Shown one piece after another: positions 51,162-61,038 of a stretch of DNA of 64,000 nucleotides; within the stretch, counting starts at the first letter, position 1; every line of letters starts with the position of its first letter. Where the stretch lies: NCBI GenBank assembly GCA_963422375.2, contig OY729427.2:672001-736000 (forward strand), in the 5' to 3' direction. The translations under genes and the position numbers were made by a program. The stretch comes from Bryobacterales bacterium. Its GTDB lineage: Bacteria; Acidobacteriota; Terriglobia; Bryobacterales; UBA6623. A model generated the notes under the pieces. It saw nothing but the letters and a program-made list of their open reading frames with translations. It was not told the origin of the DNA and searched no databases.

Positions 51162-53858
51162 GTGCTTCTGATCGGCCCGCCCGGCAGCGGCAAGACGACG
51201 CGGCTCCTCGCGAAGGTCGAGAGGGCCATTTGCTCCGGCCGGAGCGCAGAAGTTCAACTCCTCGTGCCGACGGGAAGCATGAAGCACCATCTCCTCAACG
51301 TCCTCGCTCGCAAGAGTCTCATGGTGCCCGCACGCGTGGTTTCGACGATGTCCGAATTCGTGCAGGCGACGACCCCCGACAGGAGGGAAGCTCGCGAGGC
51401 CGCCGAGGAACGCCTGCTAAGAGCGGCCATCGCGGGCACGGAGTTCGGACAGCACGCCGGTTCGTCCGGCCTGCGCCGACGCGTTCTCGGCTTGGTGCAG
51501 GAGTTCTGGGCGGCGGGGGCCGACAGCCTCCAGCTAGAGCCCGCGGCCCGCACTCGCCGACAGCGGGCGTTCGTCGAGGTGTTCGGGAAGTACGAGACTG
51601 CCCTCCGGGAGTCGGGGCTTGTCCATCGCAACGAGCGCATCGCCGTAGCGGCGGCCAAGGTCCGGCGCGAAGGGCTCGGAGAGATCAGGCAGGTGCTGGT
51701 AGACGGCTTCGACCGGTTCACCAAGCAGCAGGAGGAACTGCTCGCCGCGCTCGACGAGCAGGCGGAAGAGTTTTGTGTCGCGATGCCGGAAGGCCTGCGT
51801 AGCTACCCCCTCGCGACGCTCCCGCAGGACCTGCTCCCGCCCCGGCCGGGCCCCGGCGCCGAGACGGAGGTCGTGCGCGCCGACTCGCCCAAGGAGGAGA
51901 TCCTGGAAGTCGCCAGACGCATCCTCGCCAGCAAGCGCCCCTTGCGCGACCACGCCCTGATCCTGCGGACACCGGAGCATTACGCGACGATCATTCAGGA
52001 GGTCTTCGAGGCGCTCCGCATTCCCTACCGGTTCTGGGGCGGTGCGGCGCTGGCCGACCACGGCGTGGCCCGGCACTTCTCGAACTGGCTCCGCGCTGTC
52101 AAGGAGGGATTTCCGGGCGAGGCCACCCTCGCGGCCCTTGTCTCGCCGCTGACCCCCCGCCGCTGGAGTCGCCGCTTGGACGAGTTCGATTTCCACGTGC
52201 GCCAGCGCTTGCCGAACGCAGGCCTGGCCTTCATGCGCGACGCAGCGCGGGAATTCCCCGCGCAGCTCGAGATGCTGTCAGCGCTGCGGGACTGCGAGCA
52301 GTGGACTGAGCGCCGCCTGAAGGCGGGGGCGTGGGCGAGCGAGTTCAGCCGGCTCCAAGCGCTCGTGCAGCAGATCGACCCGCCGGTCGACGCGAGTTCC
52401 TTCCAGCGCACCTGCGATTGGCGCACGGCGGTCGCCGCCGGAAAGGCGCTCCGGCACGCCTTCGACGACGCTGCGGGGCTTCCCGACCTCTCGGACGGGG
52501 AGATCGGCTTCGGAGAGTTCGCCGAGGCGTTCGAGGACGAGCTGCGGGCTGCGAAGCTGCCGGTCCGGGACCTTCGCTACGACGTCGTGCATGTCCTGCC
52601 GGTCTGGGAATCGCGCCAGTGGTCGATGCCGGTGGCGTTCGTGTGCGGCCTGGCCGAGGGCTGGTTCCCGCGGCACTTCCCGCAGGATCCCTTGTTCGAC
52701 GACGAGGACCGCAAGCAACTGCAGGCCAGGGGCATCGACGTCCGGACCTCGGTCGACCGGGCGGAAGAGGAGAGATTCCTCCTGCGGATCGCGACTACCC
52801 GGGCCACCGAGCGGCTCGTGCCGAGCTACCCGCTGAGCGACAGCCTCGGGAAGCCGCTGGTCCGGTCGGCCCTGCTGGGCGACGCGCTCGAGCCTAAGCC
52901 CGCGCCGTGGGCGCGGATAGGTGCCGAGCTCGCCCCGCGGCCGGCGACCGCGCACCAGGCGCTCCCTCCGGACTTGCGGGATGCCGTGGCCGCATCCAAC
53001 CGGACATTCAGCGCTTCGGGGATCCAGCGGTACCGCCAGTGTCCGTACCTGTACTTCTCGGGCACCACGTTGAGGCTGCATGGACGCCCAGCTCTCCCCG
53101 AGCAGAGACTGGACGGCGCGGCCCTCGGCACGATCATGCACGATGCCCTAGAGGCTTGGAACCGGCGGAAGTCCGATATTGCCGGCGTTCTCGACGACGT
53201 ATTCCGGGACTGGCTGGCGCGGAATCATTTGGAGCCGTCCTTCCGGACGGAGAGCCGCCGGCTGGCCCTGCGAGCGGACCTGCTGCGCTTCGCCCGCGAG
53301 CAAGGAGCGGCCATGAGCCTCCCAAGGGGCCCCCATGCCTTGTTCGAGGATGTTCGCAGCTACCGCGTCGAGGAGATCGAGTCCCGGCCCAAGGTGCGCT
53401 GCCGAATCGACCGCATCGACATCGACGACGAGCGCCGGTGCGTCGTGACGGACTACAAGTACGCCGGACCCAACCGCATTCAGGCACTGCTGAAGCAGCA
53501 TCTCACGGGAGAGCAGCTGCAGTTGATGATCTACCTCGCGGCACTGGAACAGAGCCTGAGCTGCAAGCCGTCCGGCATGGCCTTGTGCGGAATGCGTGGC
53601 GAGACCAGCCACGCGGGCGTGTCCGTGGACGGGGCCGCGGGCCTGCGCCCTCTGGGCCAGGAGGACCTGCACTCCCTGCTCGCAACCGCCCGCTCGGAAA
53701 CGGCCCAGGCGGTCGAGGGGATCCTGCGAGGTCAGATCGCTGTCCTGCCGAGGGACAGCAATTTCTGCGGTCAGTTCTGCTCGTTCGGCAGCATGTGCCG
53801 CGTGCGGTGGCAAGGTTCCGCCGCGATCGCGCCCGAGGCCGAGCCTGCGGCGTCATGA
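51162..53858 (+). CDS. addB: AddB-like PD-(D/E)XK nuclease subunit
   Basis: GPPGSGKT, RIDRID..TDYK..QL.IY and a 4-Cys staple. Coupled (ATGA) to the downstream helicase. Confidence 0.8.
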   Translation: MLLIGPPGSGKTTRLLAKVERAICSGRSAEVQLLVPTGSMKHHLLNVLARKSLMVPARVVSTMSEFVQATTPDRREAREAAEERLLRAAIAGTEFGQHAGSSGLRRRVLGLVQEFWAAGADSLQLEPAARTRRQRAFVEVFGKYETALRESGLVHRNERIAVAAAKVRREGLGEIRQVLVDGFDRFTKQQEELLAALDEQAEEFCVAMPEGLRSYPLATLPQDLLPPRPGPGAETEVVRADSPKEEILEVARRILASKRPLRDHALILRTPEHYATIIQEVFEALRIPYRFWGGAALADHGVARHFSNWLRAVKEGFPGEATLAALVSPLTPRRWSRRLDEFDFHVRQRLPNAGLAFMRDAAREFPAQLEMLSALRDCEQWTERRLKAGAWASEFSRLQALVQQIDPPVDASSFQRTCDWRTAVAAGKALRHAFDDAAGLPDLSDGEIGFGEFAEAFEDELRAAKLPVRDLRYDVVHVLPVWESRQWSMPVAFVCGLAEGWFPRHFPQDPLFDDEDRKQLQARGIDVRTSVDRAEEERFLLRIATTRATERLVPSYPLSDSLGKPLVRSALLGDALEPKPAPWARIGAELAPRPATAHQALPPDLRDAVAASNRTFSASGIQRYRQCPYLYFSGTTLRLHGRPALPEQRLDGAALGTIMHDALEAWNRRKSDIAGVLDDVFRDWLARNHLEPSFRTESRRLALRADLLRFAREQGAAMSLPRGPHALFEDVRSYRVEEIESRPKVRCRIDRIDIDDERRCVVTDYKYAGPNRIQALLKQHLTGEQLQLMIYLAALEQSLSCKPSGMALCGMRGETSHAGVSVDGAAGLRPLGQEDLHSLLATARSETAQAVEGILRGQIAVLPRDSNFCGQFCSFGSMCRVRWQGSAAIAPEAEPAAS

Positions 53859-56800
53859 AGCTGACAACCGAGCAGGACCGGGCCGTCCGCAGCTGGCAGC
53901 GGGGGGACGTCTGCGTCGTGGCCGGCCCCGGCTCCGGCAAGACGCGGGTGCTCGTCGAGCGCCTTCGCTGGCTGATAATCGATCGTGAAGTGCCTCCCGA
54001 GCGCGTTCTGGCGATCACGTTCACGGAGAAGGCCGCCCGCGAGATGCGCGCACGGCTAGTCTCGGAACGCGGCGCATCCGCCGGGCAGAAGCTTCTGTTC
54101 GAGGCGGCGCAGGTTTCGACGATCGACGCATTCTGCAACCGCCTGCTCCGAGAGAACGCGCTGGAAGCCGGGATCGACCCGGGATTCGAGATCCTCGAGG
54201 AAGACGAAGGCCGGGACCTGCTGGCGCAGTCCGTCGAGCGGGTCCTAGACGAGGCATTCGTCGGGGCCAGCGAGGCCGCACGCAGTTTCCTCGCGTCCTA
54301 CGCCCCAGCCGCGTCGCGCTCGGGCCGGGCCGGCCAGACGGACCTGGTGAGCGACCTCGCGGGTCTTGTCAGGCAGATTCGCAGTTACGCCGGCGAGCCG
54401 GCCATGCACTACCCGGCGCCCTCGCTGGACGAACTCGGGAACGCCCTCAGGCAGCTCGCCGGCTTGACGCGCAGATCCGACCTGAGCGGGCTAGCCGACC
54501 GTCTGCAAGCGGTAGCGCCGGACACCGCCGGGGAAGTCGAGTCCCTGCTGCGCGAAATCAGACAGGCCATGGTCGGCATGCGGAAGGCCGGCAGGATCAA
54601 GCGCCTCGTGGCATTGATCAAGGACGATCTCTTGCCGGCCTGCTCCGCCGCCGCCTGCGGCGCTGCCCGGCGGGCACCACGCGACTGGCTCCTGGGCGCG
54701 ACTCGTCGCATTCTGGAGGAGTTCAGCGCTGCCAAGGACGCCGCGGGGCGACTCGATTTCGACGATGTCCTAGCGAAGGCCGCCGAAGTGCTGGCGAGCG
54801 ACGACAGGCCCGAGATGCGGTTCGAGCACGTCCTGGTCGACGAATTCCAAGACACCAACCCGCTACAGATCCGCCTTGTGGAACGCCTGCTGGCCGCTCA
54901 CGGAGGAGCCCCCCCGACCTGCTTCGTCGTGGGGGACATCAACCAGTCGATCTACGGGTTCCGGCATGCCGACCAGAACGTGTTCCGCGAGTACCGGGAA
55001 CAGGTCGCCGCGGGCGGCGGGGAGGTGATCCATCTGCTGGAGAACTTCCGCAGCCGCTCCGATGTGCTCGAGGCCGTGCATCGGATCCTGCCGGGCGGGA
55101 ATGAAAGCGGCATCGAGCCGCACCGCCTTGCGAGCGCCAACCGGTTCCCGCCCAAGGACGAGCCGAGCGTCTCGGTCCAGGTCGCCGCGCACGGCGGGGA
55201 ATCCTCGTTCGAGCAGGAGTGCAAGCTGCTGGCGATTCGGCTGAAGGCGCTGATGGCGAGCCTGCGGATCGCGGACCGTAGCACTGCCGAGATCCGCTCC
55301 CGGTCGCTGCAATGGCGGGATATCGCGGTCCTCGTCCGGACCCATGATCGCGTCGCGCGCCTGGCGGCGGTACTGCGCCAGATCGGCGTGCCGTGCCGCG
55401 CCGGCGGCGGACAGCGGCTCTTCCACGCCCCAGAAACCGCCGAGCTGGCCGCGCTGCTCCGAGTCGTGCGGAACCCGCGGGACGAGATCAGCCTGGCGAC
55501 CGCTCTGAAGTCTCCGTTCTGCGGGATCGACGACGCGGCCCTGCTCCGACTCAAGCACGGCCGGCAGAACCTGTTCGAGGCGCTCGAGGGCGAGCGCCTG
55601 CGAGCCGACCTTGTCGGCGAGGACGCCGCGGGGCGGCTGGGCCAGTTCCGAAAGCTGCTCCAGACCTGCCGCGCCGACCGGGCGACCGTGCCGGTGCGCA
55701 TCCTGCTAGCCAGAGCGGTTTCGGACTGCGGCTATCGCGAATTCCTAGCGAACCGGGAAGACGGCCTTGAAGCTGCGGCCAACCTGGACCGGCTGCTCGA
55801 GTGGATCGGCAGTCGCTGTCGACAGGGCGCGGACAGCTTGGACGAGGTGTCGGCGGCGCTGGACGCAGCCATCGAATCGGGCGTTTCCCCGGGTGGTACC
55901 GCGGACCACGGCCGCAGCGGGCAGGCGGTGGAGATCCTGACGATGCATGCCGCGAAGGGCCTCGAATTCCCGGTCGTGGCGCTCATGTCGATGCAGAGCG
56001 AGGCGTCCGGAACGCCGCCCGGCCTGCTCTTCTCGGTCGAGCACGGAATCGGTGCCCGCTGGACGGACCCGCAAGCGTCGAGTCCGGCCCCGGACGCGGC
56101 CTATCGGTTTGCGCTGGCGGACATGCGCAGGCGGGATCAGGCGGAATCGCACCGCCTGCTCTACGTGGCCATGACGCGCGCGGAGGAGCATCTCGTTCTG
56201 AGCGCGGCGTTCCCGGGAGCGCCTCAGAGGCGGCATTGGTGCAAGGCGCTCTTCAACGGTCTCGGGATCAATCCCAAGGAGATCCCGAGCTCGCCCGAGG
56301 AAGACAGGCTCGCCGGGGGGCTGCGCTTCCGCTACCGCCACGCGACCGAGCCGCTAGGGATCGCAAGCGCGACAGGCGACGGGTCGGCGACGGTAGGTCC
56401 AGCGATCCTCAGGCCGCGAGCGCCCTCGGCGCAAGCGGATTTTTCCGCGACGGTCACGTCCGTGGCCGTATTCGCAGAGTGCCCACGGAAGTACTTCCTG
56501 TCGCGCTACCTAGGCCTGGAAGAGGCCCGGCAGTCAACGGACGCCCCGGACTGGGCCGAGGACGACGAGAATCTCCGGCCTGACGGCATGGACGCCTCGG
56601 AGTTCGGGACGCAAGTCCACGAGTATCTCGCGGACCGATCCAAGGAAGCGCCCGCTGAAGTCAGGGAACTGGCCGACAAGTTCAAATCCCACGCGCTGGG
56701 ACGAAGGGCCGCTCGGGCGGAATGGAGCATGAAGGAAATGGGCTTCGTCTTCGCGGTCGGCGACTCGCTGCTCCGAGGAGCCATTGACCTCCTGTTCGAG

Positions 56801-57133
56801 GAAGGCGGCGAGCGCATCCTCGTGGACTACAAGACGGATCGAGTGCCGCCCGGGGGGATGCGGCAGGCGGCGCGAAAATACTCGTCGCAGCTCCAGCTGT
56901 ACGCGGCGGGCCTCGCGAAGTCGCGCCAGCCCGCCGACCGGGCGGTAGTGTTCTTCCTGCGTCGAGGAGCGCCCGTGGACATCGATATCGGCCAGGAAGC
57001 GCTCGCGGCGTCCGCGGAGCTGGCTCGGCAGTTCTTCGACGCCCAGAGTCGGCACGAGTTCCCCACGCGAGCGGGCCCGCATTGCGGATCCTGTCCGCAC
57101 CTCGAAAAGGCCTGCCCGGTGACGCTCCCGTGA
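53855..57133 (+). CDS. addA: AddA-like UvrD helicase/RecB-type nuclease
   Basis: AGPGSGKT, VDEFQDTN, VGDINQSIYGFR, TMHAAKGLEF, LYVAMTRA and GAIDLL..VDYKTD. Confidence 0.88.
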   Translation: MKLTTEQDRAVRSWQRGDVCVVAGPGSGKTRVLVERLRWLIIDREVPPERVLAITFTEKAAREMRARLVSERGASAGQKLLFEAAQVSTIDAFCNRLLRENALEAGIDPGFEILEEDEGRDLLAQSVERVLDEAFVGASEAARSFLASYAPAASRSGRAGQTDLVSDLAGLVRQIRSYAGEPAMHYPAPSLDELGNALRQLAGLTRRSDLSGLADRLQAVAPDTAGEVESLLREIRQAMVGMRKAGRIKRLVALIKDDLLPACSAAACGAARRAPRDWLLGATRRILEEFSAAKDAAGRLDFDDVLAKAAEVLASDDRPEMRFEHVLVDEFQDTNPLQIRLVERLLAAHGGAPPTCFVVGDINQSIYGFRHADQNVFREYREQVAAGGGEVIHLLENFRSRSDVLEAVHRILPGGNESGIEPHRLASANRFPPKDEPSVSVQVAAHGGESSFEQECKLLAIRLKALMASLRIADRSTAEIRSRSLQWRDIAVLVRTHDRVARLAAVLRQIGVPCRAGGGQRLFHAPETAELAALLRVVRNPRDEISLATALKSPFCGIDDAALLRLKHGRQNLFEALEGERLRADLVGEDAAGRLGQFRKLLQTCRADRATVPVRILLARAVSDCGYREFLANREDGLEAAANLDRLLEWIGSRCRQGADSLDEVSAALDAAIESGVSPGGTADHGRSGQAVEILTMHAAKGLEFPVVALMSMQSEASGTPPGLLFSVEHGIGARWTDPQASSPAPDAAYRFALADMRRRDQAESHRLLYVAMTRAEEHLVLSAAFPGAPQRRHWCKALFNGLGINPKEIPSSPEEDRLAGGLRFRYRHATEPLGIASATGDGSATVGPAILRPRAPSAQADFSATVTSVAVFAECPRKYFLSRYLGLEEARQSTDAPDWAEDDENLRPDGMDASEFGTQVHEYLADRSKEAPAEVRELADKFKSHALGRRAARAEWSMKEMGFVFAVGDSLLRGAIDLLFEEGGERILVDYKTDRVPPGGMRQAARKYSSQLQLYAAGLAKSRQPADRAVVFFLRRGAPVDIDIGQEALAASAELARQFFDAQSRHEFPTRAGPHCGSCPHLEKACPVTLP

Positions 57134-57995
57134 CGATCTGGGGCGACCGGGAAGTGGTGAGTTGAATGTCCATCCCTCGACGCATCAATGCCGCTCCCCG
57201 AGACCAGCATCAATCGACGCCTCCTCGCCCCTCGGGGCGGCACCTAAGGCTTTCGAACACGGGCCAGCTCCGGAGACCGGACGATCTAGTTGCGAGCCCA
57301 TGCCCTCTGCCACGCCGCGAACTCCCGGAAGGTGACTCCGAAAATTGCGTAGTTGCCTTCATTGAGAGTGCCTAGGTCGCTCTCGGCCGCCTGCTGGAAT
57401 CTAGCCTTGCATTCGCCTGCGATGTTCTCATCAATCCACCGGCGAATGAAGCTGTCTGCTTCGTCCCTCGGTGTTTCGCGCCGAATCATCTCTTGTACGA
57501 TCTGGGTCCGCTGGCGGCGATTCCGGATGCGATAGTAGTCAGGTGCGCCGAGCGACTCGCGAATAGCGGCGTAGCGGCTAGCCGAGCGCTCGTAGGCCCA
57601 GACGTATACATCCTTCAACAGAGTGGCGTCGTTAAGTTCTTAGACGGCGAGGGTGGCTTGGATATAGAGATCCCGCGGAACGTCGACGAATGACAAGGGC
57701 GACAAATTGTGCTGGATGAACGGCATGTTGGCGACAAGACGTGACACGCGCCTGTTGACGTCCTCGAAGGGCTGCAAGTTCGGCAGCTGCACCATGAGGA
57801 AGAACGATTGCTCGAAGGGGTCGCGGATCGCCCTCGCCTTGCCCAGGACTTAATCCATGCACTCCCCAATCAGCTGGGCACCTCGCGCGGATGAAAGACT
57901 GATCCGCTGATCCCTACGGGGCGACGTCTCAGCCTTCCGAGCGCCGAACCGTCCGCTAGGAGGTTTCTTGCAAGGATCACATGCAGGTTTCGAAA

Positions 57996-59532
57996 GGGAA
58001 TTATATATCTGAGTGCCGACAACGCCATATCCGACTAGAACTGCTGTGAGCAGGGAGGTGGGTGTCGAGCTGGGGTCATGCGAGTGCGGCCGCGGCGGGC
58101 ACAGAGGGGTGGGGGGTGGGATCGTATCTGAATCGAGCCTGCCAGCGGATTGGACGAGGAAGGGACTAGAGAGGCCACCTCGCATGCCCCGGTTGCCCCG
58201 GTTGCCCCGGTGAAACCCGGTTGGCGGTGGCAGGGCACGCCTTGCAAGCCGATTGCAGGCCCTGCGAGGGCCGAAGACAGCGGATCCCCGGCGCTCGACG
58301 GCCTGCATGGACGGTCCGGACCGGACCGGGGTCGCGCCGGGGCATGCCGGATCCGGTGCGCCCCTCGTACCGAGCGTGAAGCGCGCGCCCGCAGCGGGCT
58401 GCTGCGCTCGGCGCGGCGGGCGCCGCTCAGGCCGCGACCGCGGCCTGGCCGGTCAGCTGCCGGTAGGTCAGCGTCCGGCCGACCAAGCCCCGCGCCATGC
58501 GCCGCATCTGTTCCGCCCTTGTTCCGCCGTGTCGCAGTCGCGGTCGTTGCGCCGTCCCGCGAACTCCGTGAGGTAGCGGCCGAGATGACGGACGCTCATC
58601 CGGTGATAGGTTCCGTACAGGCCGCGCTCGAACAGGGACCAGAACGATTCGATGCCGTTCGTATGCGCTGCCCCGCGCACGTACTCGCCGCGGGAGTGCC
58701 TGACGGCTTCGTGCGGGAACTCCGCCATGCCGGCGCAGGCCGCCGCCTCGTCGGAGTAGAGCTGCGCCCCCGGCGCGACGCGGGCGCGCACGAAGCCCTG
58801 CAGGTCGCCCTTGGCGGTGCCCGGCAGCGGCCGCGCGGCCACTGCGTTCGTGGCGCGGTCCCGCGCCCCCGCCACCGGGGTCCTGCCGACGGGCCCGCGC
58901 CCGGCGCGGGCCTTCTTCCTCTCGTGCTTGTTGCGTTCCTTGCCGCCGACGTAGGTCTCGTCCACCTCCACCGGGCCGGCGAACAGGCCCTGATCCCGCT
59001 CCCGGCACGCGCGGATGCGGTGCGCCAGGTGCCAGGCCGACTTCCGGCTGATGCCTAAGTCGCGGTGCAGCTTCATGCTCGAGACACCCTTGATGCCGGT
59101 GGTCAGCAGGAACAGGGCGACGGCCCGGGTGCGGTAGCCGAGCTTGGTGTCGGCCATCACGCTGCCGGTGCGCACGGAAAAGCGCTTGCCGCAACCGCGG
59201 CAACGGTACGGCATCGAAGGGTGGGCCGTGCCGGACTGCACGCTGGAGCCGCGGCAGCGGGGGCATGCCGGACCGTCGGGCCAGCGCATGGAGGCGAACC
59301 ACTTTTCCGCGGATTCGTCATCGCGGAACATGGCGATCACTTCGATCAATGTGATGCCTTTACGGAACCACTTTCCGGGACCTAATTTCTTCATTTACGG
59401 TATCCCCTACTGGAACTATTCTACCAAGAAACACCACAGAATGTCAACGGAAAATCGGAAGAAATATGAAATCTTATTATGGCTTGATAATTTGCCGACT
59501 TGATTCCCTCGGCACTCAGATATATAATTCCC
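57996..59532 (-). mobile_element. IS1595-family element, full length (1537 bp)
   Basis: Same 24-bp TIR as 28871-29667. 8-bp TSD TTTCGAAA. Transposase 59394-58427 has CPRC..CRGC, EVDETY, YSDE and HTNGIESFW. An 11-bp duplication near 58509-58528 frameshifts the C-terminus. Confidence 0.96.
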
Positions 59533-59694
59533 TTTCGAAACATGTTCCGGTTGAATCAATCGTCCACTGCGCTGTTGACGAGAAACGAGATTGCGTCCCG
59601 GTGGTTGACAATCATCTGGGCTTCGATGAGATCCTTGCTTTCAGCCTCCTTCCCGTCGGAAATCAGCCTCTCGGTGTGGAGTCGGGAGTAGGTA

Positions 59695-59949
59695 GTGCTT
59701 GTTACAAAATCCCTGAATTCTGGCCCGATCCGCATTTCACACTACATCTTGAGGTAGGATGGAGATCCAAACACAACATATAGTGTCCAAGGTCGGAAGT
59801 TGCTCAGCCGCCAATCGCGAAGAATTCCGCCCTCTACCCAGAATCGCCAGGATTTCGGACTAGTCGTAGTATTCCAGCGAAATCTTCGCCTTGAGAGATT
59901 GGACCTAACGTCTTTTTTATCAAGGGGATACGAGTCTTGTCACGGGCGC
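59695..59949. mobile_element. 255-bp MITE-like insertion
   Basis: Flanked by the direct repeat TAGGTA (59689-59694 and 59950-59955). Imperfect TIRs GTGCTTGTTACAA / GCGCCCGTGACAA. Excision restores the Fic frame GHTYS. Confidence 0.85.
59739..59786. promoter_or_regulatory. Tandem NrdR-box-like sites
   Basis: ACACTACATCTTGAGG (59739-59754) and ACACAACATATAGTGT (59771-59786), 32 bp apart. Confidence 0.65.
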
Positions 59950-61038
59950 TAGGTATGGCCCTCTAGGCGGCTCGAGTTCCACGACACCATCAGGCCTGCC
60001 AGACTCGGCACGGCGATTGGCACAGTCCCATGCGATGATCGGCCCCTGCATTGCGTCAAGTCCAAGACTACCCGGCCGCTACGCAGCAAGGCCCTATACG
60101 CCAGATACGGCTGCGGATGCGGACTATTCCTGCGGACTCTCAACCATGTGCTGGCAACCCGTGCAGCAATCGGTCGTCGAGCAGTTGGTCCGTCAATGGC
60201 TCTGCTTTCGTCTTGCGGTTGCCAAGCTGTCCCTCGGGTCTCAGCCGATGCAGCTTCCGGAAACCCCTGACAGGAATGCCCCGATCGCGGGCCCCACTGC
60301 GGGGGAGAGACCGTACACCCGCCTCATCGAGCTCTGGGTGCCAATCGGCCCACTCGGGATCACGCGGAGACACCGATGACCCTTTTCCCGGCTCCCAACC
60401 GCCTCCACGCGTGGCTAGCAAGGCCGCTGCGCGAAGCCTCCCGTGCCGCTTGGCTGGCATCTCTCCTACCTGCGGACGCAGACACGGGCAGGCTTCAGCG
60501 GGCGATCGGGACCTGAGGGGACCCGTCGGGGCGCGGCCTCGCATCAACCAAGCGAGACGGTCGGGCGCGAATCCCGTACGGGTCCATGCAAGGCAGCGCT
60601 TCCTAGCTCCCTTCGAGGCGATCCTAGACTTCCCGCCACCGTCCCGCATTTTCGCAGGAGTCGATTCGGTCCATCATGCGACGAACGCTGTTAGCGACTT
60701 CGAGGCGCTCTACGCGCCCTACCGCGTGACGCACTAGAAGCGGATCGACAAGCCCGGGCAGCCGAAGCTCTGGCGCGGAAGCTGGTCCGAAATCTGACCC
60801 GACCCGGCCTCGCGAGCCTGCTCCGCCGCGGGGCCGGGCGGGAAACCTCCTCAATGCCGATGACGCACGCCAGGGAACGGAGCACGGCGGCACCCCGGCC
60901 CCGATTCTTCCCTCCGCGCCTGCGCCGCAGGCCACCGGCACGCGCCTCGCCCGCCCCTCCGAGACCGACCGACAGATACCGACTCCCGATTGGGTCAAGC
61001 CGACGCGCCCGAGTCCGGGACGCACGCAGCCCGACCCG

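Larger units (their letters stand above)
57286..60150 (-). pseudogene. Fic-family protein pseudogene split by two insertions
   Basis: SWNSSRLEGHT|YSRLHTERLI..AQMIVNHRDAI..FNRNM|FRNLHVILA..QPFEDVNRRVSRL..WAYERSA, with several stops and frameshifts. The 5' end is uncertain. Confidence 0.88.

Noticed and set aside
51162..53858. Cas4-like nuclease implying a CRISPR locus
   Set aside because: The 4-Cys PD-(D/E)XK domain is fused in AddB architecture and coupled to a UvrD helicase. There are no cas genes or array.
60400..60800. Possible gene fragment (..FEAILDFPPPSRIF..LYAPYRVTH*KRIDKPG..)
   Set aside because: It looks coding-like, but I cannot assign a family or a start.
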